Source: a virus
Direction: 5' to 3' (one strand)
Virus record (IMG/VR): IMGVR_UViG_3300044632_001218
Length of the DNA: 64,000 nt
The notes under the pieces are model-generated. The model did no database searches. It saw nothing but the letters and a program-made list of their open reading frames with translations, and was not told where the DNA came from. Shown piece after piece: positions 45,979-56,046 of this stretch (position 1 is the first letter of the stretch; each line of letters opens with the position of its first letter). A program made the translations under genes and the position numbers.

Positions 45979-46314
45979 ATGGCCTTCTTTGATTCAGAAA
46001 TAGTTCAGAACGAATTAAAAACTATAGAAAATCTTCAAAGGCATTTGACCAGAGGAGTTTTGAGACTACCAATAATGTCAAAGGCAGAAAAGCTTGAGCA
46101 TGTAAATTTGTTATCTGAACTATTAGAGAAACAAAAAATCCTGTATACCAGATTGTCATTGTCAGATGACCCTCAAGCCATAGAAAAAAAGAATGAAATT
46201 ATTGAATCATCTAAACTTTTAGGTTATGGCAACCCTTCAAATATGAATCTGGTTTTTGAAAATATGCAAAAGGTTATTGCCAGACTCAAGAAAGAAGCAG
46301 AGGTTGACAAGTAA
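45979..46314 (+). CDS. conserved hypothetical protein
   Basis: FFDSEIVQ...LYTRLSLSDDP. Confidence 0.7.
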   Translation: MAFFDSEIVQNELKTIENLQRHLTRGVLRLPIMSKAEKLEHVNLLSELLEKQKILYTRLSLSDDPQAIEKKNEIIESSKLLGYGNPSNMNLVFENMQKVIARLKKEAEVDK

Positions 46315-46380
46315 CCTTTGTTTTGTTATGATGTCTGTGGATAACTAATCCAATCAATCCAACTAATCCGAGGTAATCTA
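46304..46380 (+). promoter_or_regulatory. g32 sigma70 promoter and AATCC-repeat leader
   Basis: TTGACA-N17-TATGAT; then CTAATCC AATCAATCC AACTAATCC before the GAGG SD. Confidence 0.65.
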
Positions 46381-47295
46381 ATGTCTTTTTCGGACCTTAA
46401 GAAAAAATCAAGTCTTGGTTCACTCACTTCTAAACTGGTTCAAGAAGTTGAGAAAATGAATTCAAGCAGTGGTTCTACAGATGAACGTCTGTGGCGACCT
46501 GAAGTGGATAAAGCAGGCAATGGGTTTGCTGTTATTCGTTTTCTTCCTGCACCATTGGGTGAGGAACTTCCTTGGGCAAAGGTTTATACCCATGCCTTTC
46601 AAGGTTCTGGTGGATGGTTTATTGACAACTGTCTGACCACACTGAATCAAAACTGTCCTGTATGTGAGGCAAACAGGGAACTGTGGAACACAGGAAGTAA
46701 AGCAAATCAAGATATTGTTCGTGATCGTAAGCGCAAACTGTCTTACTATTCCAACATCTATGTTGTTCAGGACAAAACACATCCTGAAAATGAAGGAAAG
46801 GTATTCCTTTATAAGTTTGGCAAAAAAATCTTTGATAAGATTACTGCAGCAATGCAACCAGAGTTTGATGATGAAACTCCCATTGACCCATTTGATTTTT
46901 GGAAAGGTGCTAATTTCAAACTGAAAATCACCAAGAAAGATGGGTATTGGAACTATGACAAGTCAGAGTTTGGTAGTTCAGAACCACTCTTTGATGATGA
47001 TGATGTTATGGAAGCAGTCTGGAAAAAGACTTATTCTCTTGCTGAATTTACTGATGCAGAGAAGATGAAAACCTATGAACAGTTGAACACTCGTCTGAAA
47101 GCTGTTCTTGGTAAGAAACCAGTTCAACAAGATGAATCATTTGATGATGAAGATGATGAACGTGGTCCTGTTCCTACTAATGAAGAACTACTGCAGGGAA
47201 AATCTGGTGGAACTCGCTCACAAAAGAGTTCTGTATCTTCTAATGAAGATGATGATGACACCCTTGCATACTTTGCCAGGTTGGCTGAAGAGTGA
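46381..47295 (+). CDS. g32: single-stranded DNA-binding protein gp32
   Basis: GNGFAVIRFLP, NCLTT...CPVC zinc site, GKKIFDK, acidic tail ending YFARLAEE. Confidence 0.95.
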   Translation: MSFSDLKKKSSLGSLTSKLVQEVEKMNSSSGSTDERLWRPEVDKAGNGFAVIRFLPAPLGEELPWAKVYTHAFQGSGGWFIDNCLTTLNQNCPVCEANRELWNTGSKANQDIVRDRKRKLSYYSNIYVVQDKTHPENEGKVFLYKFGKKIFDKITAAMQPEFDDETPIDPFDFWKGANFKLKITKKDGYWNYDKSEFGSSEPLFDDDDVMEAVWKKTYSLAEFTDAEKMKTYEQLNTRLKAVLGKKPVQQDESFDDEDDERGPVPTNEELLQGKSGGTRSQKSSVSSNEDDDDTLAYFARLAEE

Positions 47296-47958
47296 TTATC
47301 TTGGGGAGAGGACTCTTAAGTTCTCTCCCTTTTTAGTGTTGTCATTAATATATTGAGAAGAGAATCCATAAGACATAATAGTTCTTAAATCATCAAGAGC
47401 AGCTTGTAAGAATCTTGGTCTTAAAAGATAAATGTTTCTCTTCTTATCATTCTGTGCAATCTCATACTCATAGATACTGACAAGTTTAACTGGAGTTTCT
47501 GTAATGGTTAAGTTTGTTCTTTCATCATAGTAAGTTACAGAAAAATTAGAATCCACAATTTTGCCTGCAGGAACAATCAGTCTTCCTCTTGAATCAGACA
47601 AAGGAGTTGTTTCATAATGATGTGGTGATGCTAACTCTGCTTCTGTATATTTTCTTTCTAAGTAATCAGTAAACTCTGAATCAGACAGTGGCCATTCAGT
47701 TCTTACATTTAGGATATTGTTGGAGATTAAAACTAACCAATCATAGGTAGGACTTCCATAAGTTTTTTCTGCTACTTGTTCTGGTCGCTCTTCACCAATA
47801 ATTTTATACTTGGTGAACACAGTTGCAGACTGGAAAAAGTCATCACGAATCTTTGCTCTACGAAAAAGATTTTTGACTCTTGCATAATCATATGAAGAGT
47901 TTCTGTTTGGATTTTGTGACTGATAAAGTAAGTCTGATACTTCTCTGAAATACGTCAT
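47296..47958 (-). CDS. g53: baseplate wedge subunit gp53
   Basis: ERPEQVAEK.YG...DWLVL..NNI...EWP, HHYET. Confidence 0.85.
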   Translation of the reverse strand: MTYFREVSDLLYQSQNPNRNSSYDYARVKNLFRRAKIRDDFFQSATVFTKYKIIGEERPEQVAEKTYGSPTYDWLVLISNNILNVRTEWPLSDSEFTDYLERKYTEAELASPHHYETTPLSDSRGRLIVPAGKIVDSNFSVTYYDERTNLTITETPVKLVSIYEYEIAQNDKKRNIYLLRPRFLQAALDDLRTIMSYGFSSQYINDNTKKGENLRVLSPR

Positions 47959-49616
47959 TATCTTCCTCCTGGATTTATTCCTGGTAGACCTATTCCTGGT
48001 AAACCGTTTGCTAGATCATTTGGCAGTCCTATTCCAGAAGAAGGTGTTGGGGATTCTGAAGACCCAGTAATTTTATATTCAGACCCTTCAGGACCTATGC
48101 TGTTTTCTGCTCCATCACCTTCTGCATCATATTCATCATTATAAACTGGAGTAAGTTCTGTAAATGCAAGTTGCATTACTGTTGCTATTGGTTGAGATCC
48201 ATTTGGTCCATCATAGGCAGCATAAAATCCATCAGGAGTATAGTTGACTGTACAAGATACTAATGCACAAGTTTTTATTCTTCCAATACCCTCAATATCT
48301 TTATCTGCTCCAGTTACAAATTTTAATTTAAAAACATTTGGAGTTCCAAGATATATTGATTTTTCTGCTACTGTGCTTCTTCTTGGAGCCATTCCTTTTT
48401 TGAAGAATTTTACAATACTTCTAATATTTCTTGCTTCATCTGCACTTCTTGGCGTCATTTTAAAACTAAATCCAAACTGTCTTAGTTTTGGACCATTAAA
48501 TAAAAGTTCTAAGTTTGGATTAATAGCAACTCCAGTAACTCTGTTTAAATATGCTTCTGGGTCTACGTTTATTCCTCCAAGTTTTATTAAAGATGCTGCA
48601 GCATTTGTAGTTAAAAATTGATTCAACCTGTTTTTAGTTTGACCACTAAATAAAGTTTCTCCAAGTCCTCTAACTGCATCTATTGATTCTCCAGGATTAG
48701 CAGTGGCAAGTCCTTGAGCAGCACGAGCAGCAGGATTCATTAAAGCTGCAGCAATAGTTGATAGGGAACTTTCTCCCCATGCAGTTTGGTTTGTTTCTGA
48801 AATATCATTAGGCATAGGTAATACAACCATACCTAAAGATTTTGTTAATTGAGAATCTCTATTTCCCAATAATTCAGATATTTGATTTATATTTGTATTG
48901 GCAGCAGTGATACCAGAAGGGACATATTCAATTTGAGTTATCATAATTCTATCTTGTCCATTATCAATAGATGTGGGATATTTTAAAAATGATTCTTTTA
49001 AAGCTCCAAATGTATTTGTTGTATCAAAGTTTTCTAATTGACTTCCTAATCCAGTAAGTGCTTGTGGATCTATGTTTGCATTTGGATTTTCTGAATTTGG
49101 TCCAGTAGCAATTGGATTTTGATCTAAATTGGGGTCAGTTGGTGTTGATGTTTGTAATGATGATGCAAGTTGAGGTGCTAGTCCAGATCTAGTATTAACT
49201 GCAGCATTAATAACTTGGTTTTGAACTGCTTCATAGTAAGGACTTCCAGGAGTGTTTAATGATGCTATAGCAGCAGCACCTAAAATAGGATCTCCAACTT
49301 TTGCGCCAGGAGGAAGGGAATTTTCTGATCTATAATTAAGTGTTCTAAATGTTTTCCCACCATCATTACTATAAGCTGCTATAGAATATCCTCCAGGGTC
49401 AAAATTGGATGTACTTGTAGGAGTTCCTCCACCAAAAGTATTTCCAGCACTATCTCTTCCTCCTGGAATTGCAGAATAATATACATAAATTTCGCTTGAA
49501 GTCACAGTTCCTGAAGAATCTTCTTCGTATTTTACAATTGTTCTAGTTGGCAAATTAACTCCATTTACAGTTGGAGTTGTTTGTTCTCCATATAAAAATT
49601 TTACTGTATCAGCCAT
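47958..49616 (-). CDS. g48: baseplate tail-tube cap gp48-like protein
   Basis: LPMPN.I, NPNLELLFNGPKLRQFGFSFKM.PRS..EA, NYTPDG, LAFTE. Confidence 0.8.
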   Translation of the reverse strand: MADTVKFLYGEQTTPTVNGVNLPTRTIVKYEEDSSGTVTSSEIYVYYSAIPGGRDSAGNTFGGGTPTSTSNFDPGGYSIAAYSNDGGKTFRTLNYRSENSLPPGAKVGDPILGAAAIASLNTPGSPYYEAVQNQVINAAVNTRSGLAPQLASSLQTSTPTDPNLDQNPIATGPNSENPNANIDPQALTGLGSQLENFDTTNTFGALKESFLKYPTSIDNGQDRIMITQIEYVPSGITAANTNINQISELLGNRDSQLTKSLGMVVLPMPNDISETNQTAWGESSLSTIAAALMNPAARAAQGLATANPGESIDAVRGLGETLFSGQTKNRLNQFLTTNAAASLIKLGGINVDPEAYLNRVTGVAINPNLELLFNGPKLRQFGFSFKMTPRSADEARNIRSIVKFFKKGMAPRRSTVAEKSIYLGTPNVFKLKFVTGADKDIEGIGRIKTCALVSCTVNYTPDGFYAAYDGPNGSQPIATVMQLAFTELTPVYNDEYDAEGDGAENSIGPEGSEYKITGSSESPTPSSGIGLPNDLANGLPGIGLPGINPGGR

Positions 49617-49618
49617 TC

Positions 49619-50158
49619 TTATCTACCCCACACCTTGTCTGAACGGATTGGTATCTCTACCCCACCCAAGTCCCTTACAAATTCTTCTACTGGTAATAGA
49701 CACATAGTTTGCCATTCTTGTTGTGCTAATATCAAGTAAGGGCTTCTTACCTCTGATAATAAGTATTTATGTGCTCCTTTACGAAACTTTGGGATTCTAT
49801 CTTCCATTAAACTCATCACAAGACCCATTCTTTGTTCAGGAGAATAGTAATGTAAGTTCACTGCAAAGAATGACCTTGCATCCATTTCTAAAACAAATGC
49901 TAAAGGATACTTATCATAAAAGGGAAGGTCTCTTCTTGTCTTTGCTTTATACTTATAAAGCATTAAGTTGAATAGCAAAGGAAATGATGTGCTTCTATTT
50001 TGGTCTCGCTCCAAAACATCTCCAACTTCATCTGCCCTTTCTTCTGTTATAATATTTTCAGGACTTTTATCAAATACTTTTTCTCTATACCATTCTCTTG
50101 GTTGACTTCTTCCTCCAGTCTCTTCTTGGATTTCTTCGAAGATAGTTTTATAAGCCAT
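49619..50158 (-). CDS. g2: DNA end protector gp2-like protein
   Basis: YKYKAK...LPFYDKYPL, NLHY, HKYL, LPVEEF. Confidence 0.8.
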   Translation of the reverse strand: MAYKTIFEEIQEETGGRSQPREWYREKVFDKSPENIITEERADEVGDVLERDQNRSTSFPLLFNLMLYKYKAKTRRDLPFYDKYPLAFVLEMDARSFFAVNLHYYSPEQRMGLVMSLMEDRIPKFRKGAHKYLLSEVRSPYLILAQQEWQTMCLLPVEEFVRDLGGVEIPIRSDKVWGR

Positions 50159-50592
50159 TATACCCCCAAGTGGTCTTCAGTCAATATTTGAAACTCCCAT
50201 CTTCTATCCTCACAAAATTCTTTTGCTGCTTTCCATTTTGCTTGGTTCTTAGCAAACTCTTTTATTTCATACATTTGCTTTTGTGACACACGCTTTTGTG
50301 CTTTAGGTCCTTCAACTTGTCTTTTTGGTTTTATTTCAATCAAACTTTCTTTGATATTACCTTTACTATCTTTGTATTTTATAAAAAAGTCAGGAAAATA
50401 TCTATGTACTCTTCTATCTATTGGTGACAAATAAGGAATCCAAATTTCTTCTGATGCCCACTTCATTATATTTTCATTCAAATCACAGTAGGTCATAAAC
50501 TTTCTTTCCCACAATGACCTGTAGACAATATTGTTTGGGTCTCCTATGTATTTTTGTGGATAAGAAGGTTTGTATATTCCTTTATAACTCAT
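50158..50592 (-). CDS. g4: head completion nuclease gp4
   Basis: YRSLWER, WASEE, YFPDF, IEIKP, NQAKW.AA. Confidence 0.9.
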   Translation of the reverse strand: MSYKGIYKPSYPQKYIGDPNNIVYRSLWERKFMTYCDLNENIMKWASEEIWIPYLSPIDRRVHRYFPDFFIKYKDSKGNIKESLIEIKPKRQVEGPKAQKRVSQKQMYEIKEFAKNQAKWKAAKEFCEDRRWEFQILTEDHLGV

Positions 50593-50623
50593 ACATATAA
50601 TATAGGCACTTCAAAGTATTTAG

Positions 50624-51400
50624 ATGGCAGTAGATTACACTAAGTTGTATTATAAAACTGATGATATATTAAAGAAATTTAAACCTTCTTTATCTAATTA
50701 TTTTAATGTGCATGTAAGTGCTGACTATGATGGTATCAACCAATCTTTTGAAAAGGATATAGATTTTTTGGCATATGAGGCAGTTCTTCCAGGAACTTCA
50801 TATGAAACCACGCAAGTATTTGGAGACAGACAAGGAATCACAGAAACATTTGCAAATAAAAGAGTTTATCCTCCTGTAGATATAAGTTTTTATATTGATA
50901 ATAACTATAATATTTTAAGATTTTTTGAAAGTTGGATGGGATATATTAGTCCAAATTCAGGGGTTCCTTATGAGTCATATCAAAAGTTTAATTATCCTCA
51001 AAATAATGGATTAAGTGGATATAAAAAAGAAGTTATTATAACTAAATTTGAAAGAAATTTTAGAACCCCTGACCAAAGATTAGTTGAGAATGGAGTATAT
51101 GATGTTCCTGATAGTAACTGCACTTATATTTTAAGAAATGCTTATCCAACTAATGTAATTGCAGTTCCAGTTTCATATGAAGGCGCAAATATATTAAGAA
51201 CAACAGTAACATTTAATTATGATATTTACAGATTTGAAAAGTCTGATGGAAAACCAATAAATGGTGATGGTGGAAATTCAAGTGCTCAACCTGGAGGAGA
51301 TTCTGGAGCAACATTGGGGGAATTAAATAGACAAGTTAGATTGATTAATGAAAATATTCCTATCACTGGATTAAATCCTAACCCAAGAGATGTGGGATAA
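50624..51400 (+). CDS. tail-tube-fold protein (gp54/gp19-like)
   Basis: AVLPG.S, FYID, FESW, AYPTN...V.VSY, TVTFNY; sits before g26. Confidence 0.65.
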   Translation: MAVDYTKLYYKTDDILKKFKPSLSNYFNVHVSADYDGINQSFEKDIDFLAYEAVLPGTSYETTQVFGDRQGITETFANKRVYPPVDISFYIDNNYNILRFFESWMGYISPNSGVPYESYQKFNYPQNNGLSGYKKEVIITKFERNFRTPDQRLVENGVYDVPDSNCTYILRNAYPTNVIAVPVSYEGANILRTTVTFNYDIYRFEKSDGKPINGDGGNSSAQPGGDSGATLGELNRQVRLINENIPITGLNPNPRDVG

Positions 51401-51429
51401 ATAACTAAACCTGAATTTTATATTTTAAT

Positions 51430-52161
51430 ATGCCTTTACCTACAGTTGCAACTCCAACCTATGAGTTGACATTACCATCAAACAAAAAGACTATTAAGTA
51501 CAGACCTTTCTTAGTCAAGGAAGAAAAGATTCTTATCTTGGCTATGGAAAGTGGTAATTCAAAAGATATTACTAATGCAGTTAAGAATACATTGAAAGAT
51601 TGTATTTTAACCAGAGGCATTAAGATTGATTCTCTTCCAAGTTTTGATATTGAGTATCTGTTTTTAAATATTAGAGCAAAGTCAGTTGGAGAATCAGTAG
51701 AATTAATCATCACCTGTCCAGATGATAATGAAACACGTGTAGATGTTACTGTTAATATTGATGAGATTGAAGTTGTAATTCCAGAAAATCATACATCTGA
51801 AATTAAAGTTGATGATAGTATTACAGTTAAGATGAAGTATCCATCACTTCAAGAGTTTATTGATAATAATTTTGATTTCTCTGGACAAACTGGAAGTAAA
51901 GAAACTATTGACAAATCATTTGATATTGTTGCATCTTGTGTGGATATGGTTTATACCAAAGATGAATCTTGGTCTGCTGCTGATGTTACTAAGAAAGAAT
52001 TGATTGAATGGTTACAGACATTTGATTCAAATCAATTCAAAGGTATTGAAGAGTTCTTTGATACTATGCCTAAACTTTCTCACACATTAACAGTTAAGAA
52101 TCCAAACACTGGCGTTGAGAATGAAATTGTATTGGAGGGACTCTCAAGTTTTTTCGGATAG
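51430..52161 (+). CDS. g26: baseplate hub assembly protein gp26
   Basis: YRPFLVKEEKIL, FDIEYLFLNIRAKSVGE, CPDD, FFDTMPKL, EGLSSFF. Confidence 0.9.
   Translation: MPLPTVATPTYELTLPSNKKTIKYRPFLVKEEKILILAMESGNSKDITNAVKNTLKDCILTRGIKIDSLPSFDIEYLFLNIRAKSVGESVELIITCPDDNETRVDVTVNIDEIEVVIPENHTSEIKVDDSITVKMKYPSLQEFIDNNFDFSGQTGSKETIDKSFDIVASCVDMVYTKDESWSAADVTKKELIEWLQTFDSNQFKGIEEFFDTMPKLSHTLTVKNPNTGVENEIVLEGLSSFFG
52134..52155 (+). other. candidate -1 programmed frameshift signal
   Basis: GGAGG (52134-52138), a 10-nt spacer, then the heptamer T TTT TTC (52149-52155) in the gp26 frame. Confidence 0.6.
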
Positions 52162-52337
52162 TCCTTAGTCATGAAGATTTGGAGTCTTATTATAGAGTTA
52201 ATTTTGCCTTGATGCAGTATCATAAATACTCTTTGACTGAGATTGAAAATATGATGCCGTGGGAACGTGAAATCTACTTAACTCTTTTAGAAAATCATAT
52301 CAAAGAAGAAGAAGAAAAAGCATCAAGAGTAAAATAA
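52161..52337 (+). CDS. g51: baseplate hub assembly catalyst gp51 (-1 frame of g26; first ATG only at 52212; not in track)
   Basis: SHEDLESYYRVNFALMQYHKYSLTEIENMMPWEREIY... Confidence 0.8.
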   Translation, partial: VLSHEDLESYYRVNFALMQYHKYSLTEIENMMPWEREIYLTLLENHIKEEEEKASRVK

Positions 52338-54056
52338 ATGACTCCAGGAGATTTTGGATTTAAAGATAGAGTATCTAGATTTATTTCAGGAGCAAGTTCC
52401 AGAAGTAAATTTGGATTCTCTGCTACGCCAAAACTCACAAGAATTGCTGGGATGTTTCCAAAAAGACAAGTCCCTCAACAAATTGTATCTGGGTCTTCTG
52501 AACAAACAGATCCAGAAATTGGAGCGCCAAAAAGAGTTATTTCTTCTTTAGGAAGATTGACTTTAGACCTTGAGATTGTCAACAATAATCTTGATAGAAT
52601 TGCATCAATTATTCTTCAAGATTATAAAGAAACTCAAGATACAAATAAAAAAGAAATAGAAGATTTTAGAAAAAGAGTTGCAAATAGAGGTAGATTATTT
52701 GGTAAGAAAGAGTTAGGAGATAAGAAATCTGATGTTCTTGGTGCAGTTAAAAAATATGTAGGGTCATTCTTTAGTGGTGCTGGAGGTGCTATCAGAGCAC
52801 TCTCTATGTTTAATTTGATGCAGGGGATTTTATCTGGAGACCCATCTAAAATTATTGGACCACTTCTTGGAATAGGATTAACATATCTTCCTGCTATTGG
52901 TGCTGGAATTGCTGGTGCAGTAGCAACATCTTTGGTTGGGAAGTTATTTGGAGGTGGGGCAGCAACAAGAGCAGCAGCATCAGCAGCTCCTGCAGCAGCT
53001 GGAGCAGGGGGAGCACTTGGAAGATTGGGTAAATTTGGTGGAAGAGCTGCACTTGTTGGTGGAGGAATTGCATTAGCAAGTAGTATCTTCAATAGACCAC
53101 AAGAAGATCAATCACAACAAAGATTAGAAGAACTTACACAACAACAAAAAGCATCAGTAGAACCTGGAAATTTAGTTCCAATTCCACAAGATGATTTGAG
53201 GAGATTCGAAAAATTAAACAAAAAATTTGAAGCAGCACTTGACTTTTTATTAGGCAAACAAAAAGAACAAGACAGGCAACCTCAAAAAACAGGTGGGAGA
53301 GGAGGTGGAGGAGGTGGGGGTGCTCCTCCCCCTCCTGGTCAAATTATGTCAGGACCTGCCCCTGGAGAAATTAATGCTTTGATGTCAGCAATTTCTGGAG
53401 CAGAAGGTGGATTAGAATCAGTTAATAAAATAGGTCCTATGCCTGGTTTGTCTCAAATGACTATTGATGAAGCCATATCAAAAGTTGAATCATTCAGAGC
53501 ACAAGGTAAAACCTCAGGGGCTATGGGCAACATGCAGCAAATGTCTTATTACTTGAGAGAAAGAGCTATAGCAGCAGGGTTAGATCCATCAACAGCATTG
53601 TATAATCAAGAAAATCAATACAAAATTAATAGAGCATATCTTGCCGGTCTTTTTTCTGGAGGAGAACAGGAAATAGTTAATTTAATTAGGTCAGGTAAAA
53701 TCAATGAAGTAGTGAATAAATTAAAAGGAGTTTGGCCATCTCTTCCTGGAGGATCTCAAGAAAATGTTCATACATCAGATTTTTATAGAAGATTTCAAAC
53801 TTTCTTAGGGCAAATATCATCTCCTGGAACTGTAACACCACCAATAAGTCCTGTTGCACCAGCACCAAGATCTGCAGCAACTGCTGCTCCAAGAGCACCA
53901 CAAACACAAGTTACAGTTCTTCCTTTACCAACTCAACAACAATCTTCCCAAGCATCTGCAGTTTCTGGAGGAAATGATACTGTTCCATCAATAGATACTA
54001 CTTATCCTGAAAACTTCTTGGCTTTGTATTCTAAACTAATCTATCAGATTGTTTGA
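52338..54056 (+). CDS. tape-measure-like protein A with a lysozyme-like domain
   Basis: Helical N-terminus, G/A-rich hydrophobic region, then ISGAEGG...SGAMG.MQ...NQENQ...WPSLP, and a Pro-rich tail. Confidence 0.65.
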   Translation: MTPGDFGFKDRVSRFISGASSRSKFGFSATPKLTRIAGMFPKRQVPQQIVSGSSEQTDPEIGAPKRVISSLGRLTLDLEIVNNNLDRIASIILQDYKETQDTNKKEIEDFRKRVANRGRLFGKKELGDKKSDVLGAVKKYVGSFFSGAGGAIRALSMFNLMQGILSGDPSKIIGPLLGIGLTYLPAIGAGIAGAVATSLVGKLFGGGAATRAAASAAPAAAGAGGALGRLGKFGGRAALVGGGIALASSIFNRPQEDQSQQRLEELTQQQKASVEPGNLVPIPQDDLRRFEKLNKKFEAALDFLLGKQKEQDRQPQKTGGRGGGGGGGAPPPPGQIMSGPAPGEINALMSAISGAEGGLESVNKIGPMPGLSQMTIDEAISKVESFRAQGKTSGAMGNMQQMSYYLRERAIAAGLDPSTALYNQENQYKINRAYLAGLFSGGEQEIVNLIRSGKINEVVNKLKGVWPSLPGGSQENVHTSDFYRRFQTFLGQISSPGTVTPPISPVAPAPRSAATAAPRAPQTQVTVLPLPTQQQSSQASAVSGGNDTVPSIDTTYPENFLALYSKLIYQIV

Positions 54057-54059
54057 TAA

Positions 54060-56045
54060 ATGGACCCAACATTACTTCTTAACAGACCAGTTGTAAAACC
54101 AAGAATAGTAGCAAAGATTACGAAGTTTAATAATCTTGTTGAGGTTTCTACTGAAGCTAGAAAGTCTTCTACTAAACTTAGAAAGGTTTTTGAAAAGGGA
54201 AGTTACCAAAAGAAAACCCAACTTTCAGTATTAAACAGATATAAAAAACGATTAGAAACTATTCAGAAACAAAATGATAGATCATTTCGTAAAAAACAAA
54301 GAGTAAAAGTTAAGTTACCAGACATTAAAAAGTATGTTGGAAACTTTTTTACGCCAGGATCTGCTGATGATCCTCTCAAAGCAATAGGAGCACTTGCAGC
54401 ATTTAAAGCAGTTCAAAAAGGTTCTAAAGGTGATTGGGGTGGGGCATTAGCTTCTGGTTTAGTTGCAGCAGGATTAACTCTTGGACCTTCACTGTTGGGA
54501 TTTGGTGCTGGTGCTTTGATGGGTAGAGGGGGAAGAGGAGGAGGTGTTGGTCCTGAAGTAGGAGTTACTCCTCCCAAACCATTAAAACCAGGGTCTATAA
54601 GTAGATTAAATGCATCACAAGCAAGATTCATTCAAGGTAGTGCAAATATTGGTGATAGGGCAAGATTAATTCGTAGAGGAACTATTTCTCCTACAGGGGC
54701 ATTTTCTCGTGGTGGTCCAGAGCAAATGGCAAAGTATGGGGCAGACACCTCAAAAGTTGGAAAAGCATTTGGTAGATTTGGTAAAGCAATTATTCCAGGC
54801 GTTGGTGCTGCAGTTGGGGCTATTGATGCAGGATTGAGAACAAGTGAAGGTGATTACACAGGAGCTAAAATAGCAGGAACATCAGCAACTTTAGATGCAC
54901 TTGCTGCTGCATCTGCTGCTACTGGAATTGGATTGCCAGTTGCTGGATTACTTTCTATTGCATCATTTGCATTAGATGTAACTAATCTTGTTCGTGATTT
55001 AAGTGGCTCAAGTGAAAAAGAAGCACTGGCAAATAAATCTCAGCAAAATAGGTTAAAACAACAAACAGAAAAACAAAAACAAGCAGTTGAGGGTAAGAAG
55101 GAAGAAGGTGGAGCACTTACCTTTAGAAAAACTTTGAATGGTTATGAAAAGGCAGTTAATAAATTTGAAGAATTTGTTAAAGGATTTAAAGGTGGTATGG
55201 GAATGGGTGGGGAACAGTCTGGAGTTATTGAAACTGGAAATAGAGGATTAACTACTGGTGAATCCCTTCAAGATTTAGAAGCAACTGGAGGAGAAGTTCC
55301 AGGAAGACCAGATTCTGCTTATGGCCCAAGAGGAGGAAGACTACACAAGGGGAACGATTATAATAGATCAGTTGGCACTCCAATCAGTATCATACAACCA
55401 GGAACTGTAACTGTTGCAGATATGAATTATGACCCCAGTGGATGGGGAGCAGTAGTTGAGATTAGACATCAAGATGGGTCTATAAGTAGGTATGCACACC
55501 TAAGTCAAATAAATGTTGCAGCAGGAACTCAAGTTTCTCCTGGACAAGTAATAGGAAAAGTTGGTGGTGCTCCTGGTGCTCCAGGATCTGGAAACTCTAC
55601 AGGAGCGCATTTGCATTTTGAATATGAAAATGGTTCAGGAAGAATTGATCCAACTGCAATAGCACCAAGAATTTTTAGATTTGGTGGCGATGTAAGAGTT
55701 AAGCAACAATCAACACAACCACAACCTCCTGGTTCCAGACCAAGCACTGCAGCACAATTGAGAGCAATTGGACAATCTGATGCTGCTTCACTATTAGAAA
55801 GACAACAACCTCCTGCTCCACGTAGACCTCCTTCAATTACACCTCCACCACGAACACCAAGACCTGTTGGAAGTTTTCTTCCATATCAACAAGGAAGTCA
55901 ACAACAAGTCACGGCATTTTATCCTGTGTCACAACCACAACAACAACCTATGCCATCTGAAGATGTTCCTATGATGATGACAGGTCCATCAGAGCAACAG
56001 TTGTTAAATAGTTTCTATAAGAGAGTCCTTCTTAATACTGTATAG
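54060..56045 (+). CDS. tape-measure-like protein B with an M23 peptidase domain
   Basis: HKGND (HxxxD), YAHLS, GQVIG, STGAHLHFE (HxH). Confidence 0.8.
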   Translation: MDPTLLLNRPVVKPRIVAKITKFNNLVEVSTEARKSSTKLRKVFEKGSYQKKTQLSVLNRYKKRLETIQKQNDRSFRKKQRVKVKLPDIKKYVGNFFTPGSADDPLKAIGALAAFKAVQKGSKGDWGGALASGLVAAGLTLGPSLLGFGAGALMGRGGRGGGVGPEVGVTPPKPLKPGSISRLNASQARFIQGSANIGDRARLIRRGTISPTGAFSRGGPEQMAKYGADTSKVGKAFGRFGKAIIPGVGAAVGAIDAGLRTSEGDYTGAKIAGTSATLDALAAASAATGIGLPVAGLLSIASFALDVTNLVRDLSGSSEKEALANKSQQNRLKQQTEKQKQAVEGKKEEGGALTFRKTLNGYEKAVNKFEEFVKGFKGGMGMGGEQSGVIETGNRGLTTGESLQDLEATGGEVPGRPDSAYGPRGGRLHKGNDYNRSVGTPISIIQPGTVTVADMNYDPSGWGAVVEIRHQDGSISRYAHLSQINVAAGTQVSPGQVIGKVGGAPGAPGSGNSTGAHLHFEYENGSGRIDPTAIAPRIFRFGGDVRVKQQSTQPQPPGSRPSTAAQLRAIGQSDAASLLERQQPPAPRRPPSITPPPRTPRPVGSFLPYQQGSQQQVTAFYPVSQPQQQPMPSEDVPMMMTGPSEQQLLNSFYKRVLLNTV

Positions 56046-56046
56046 C

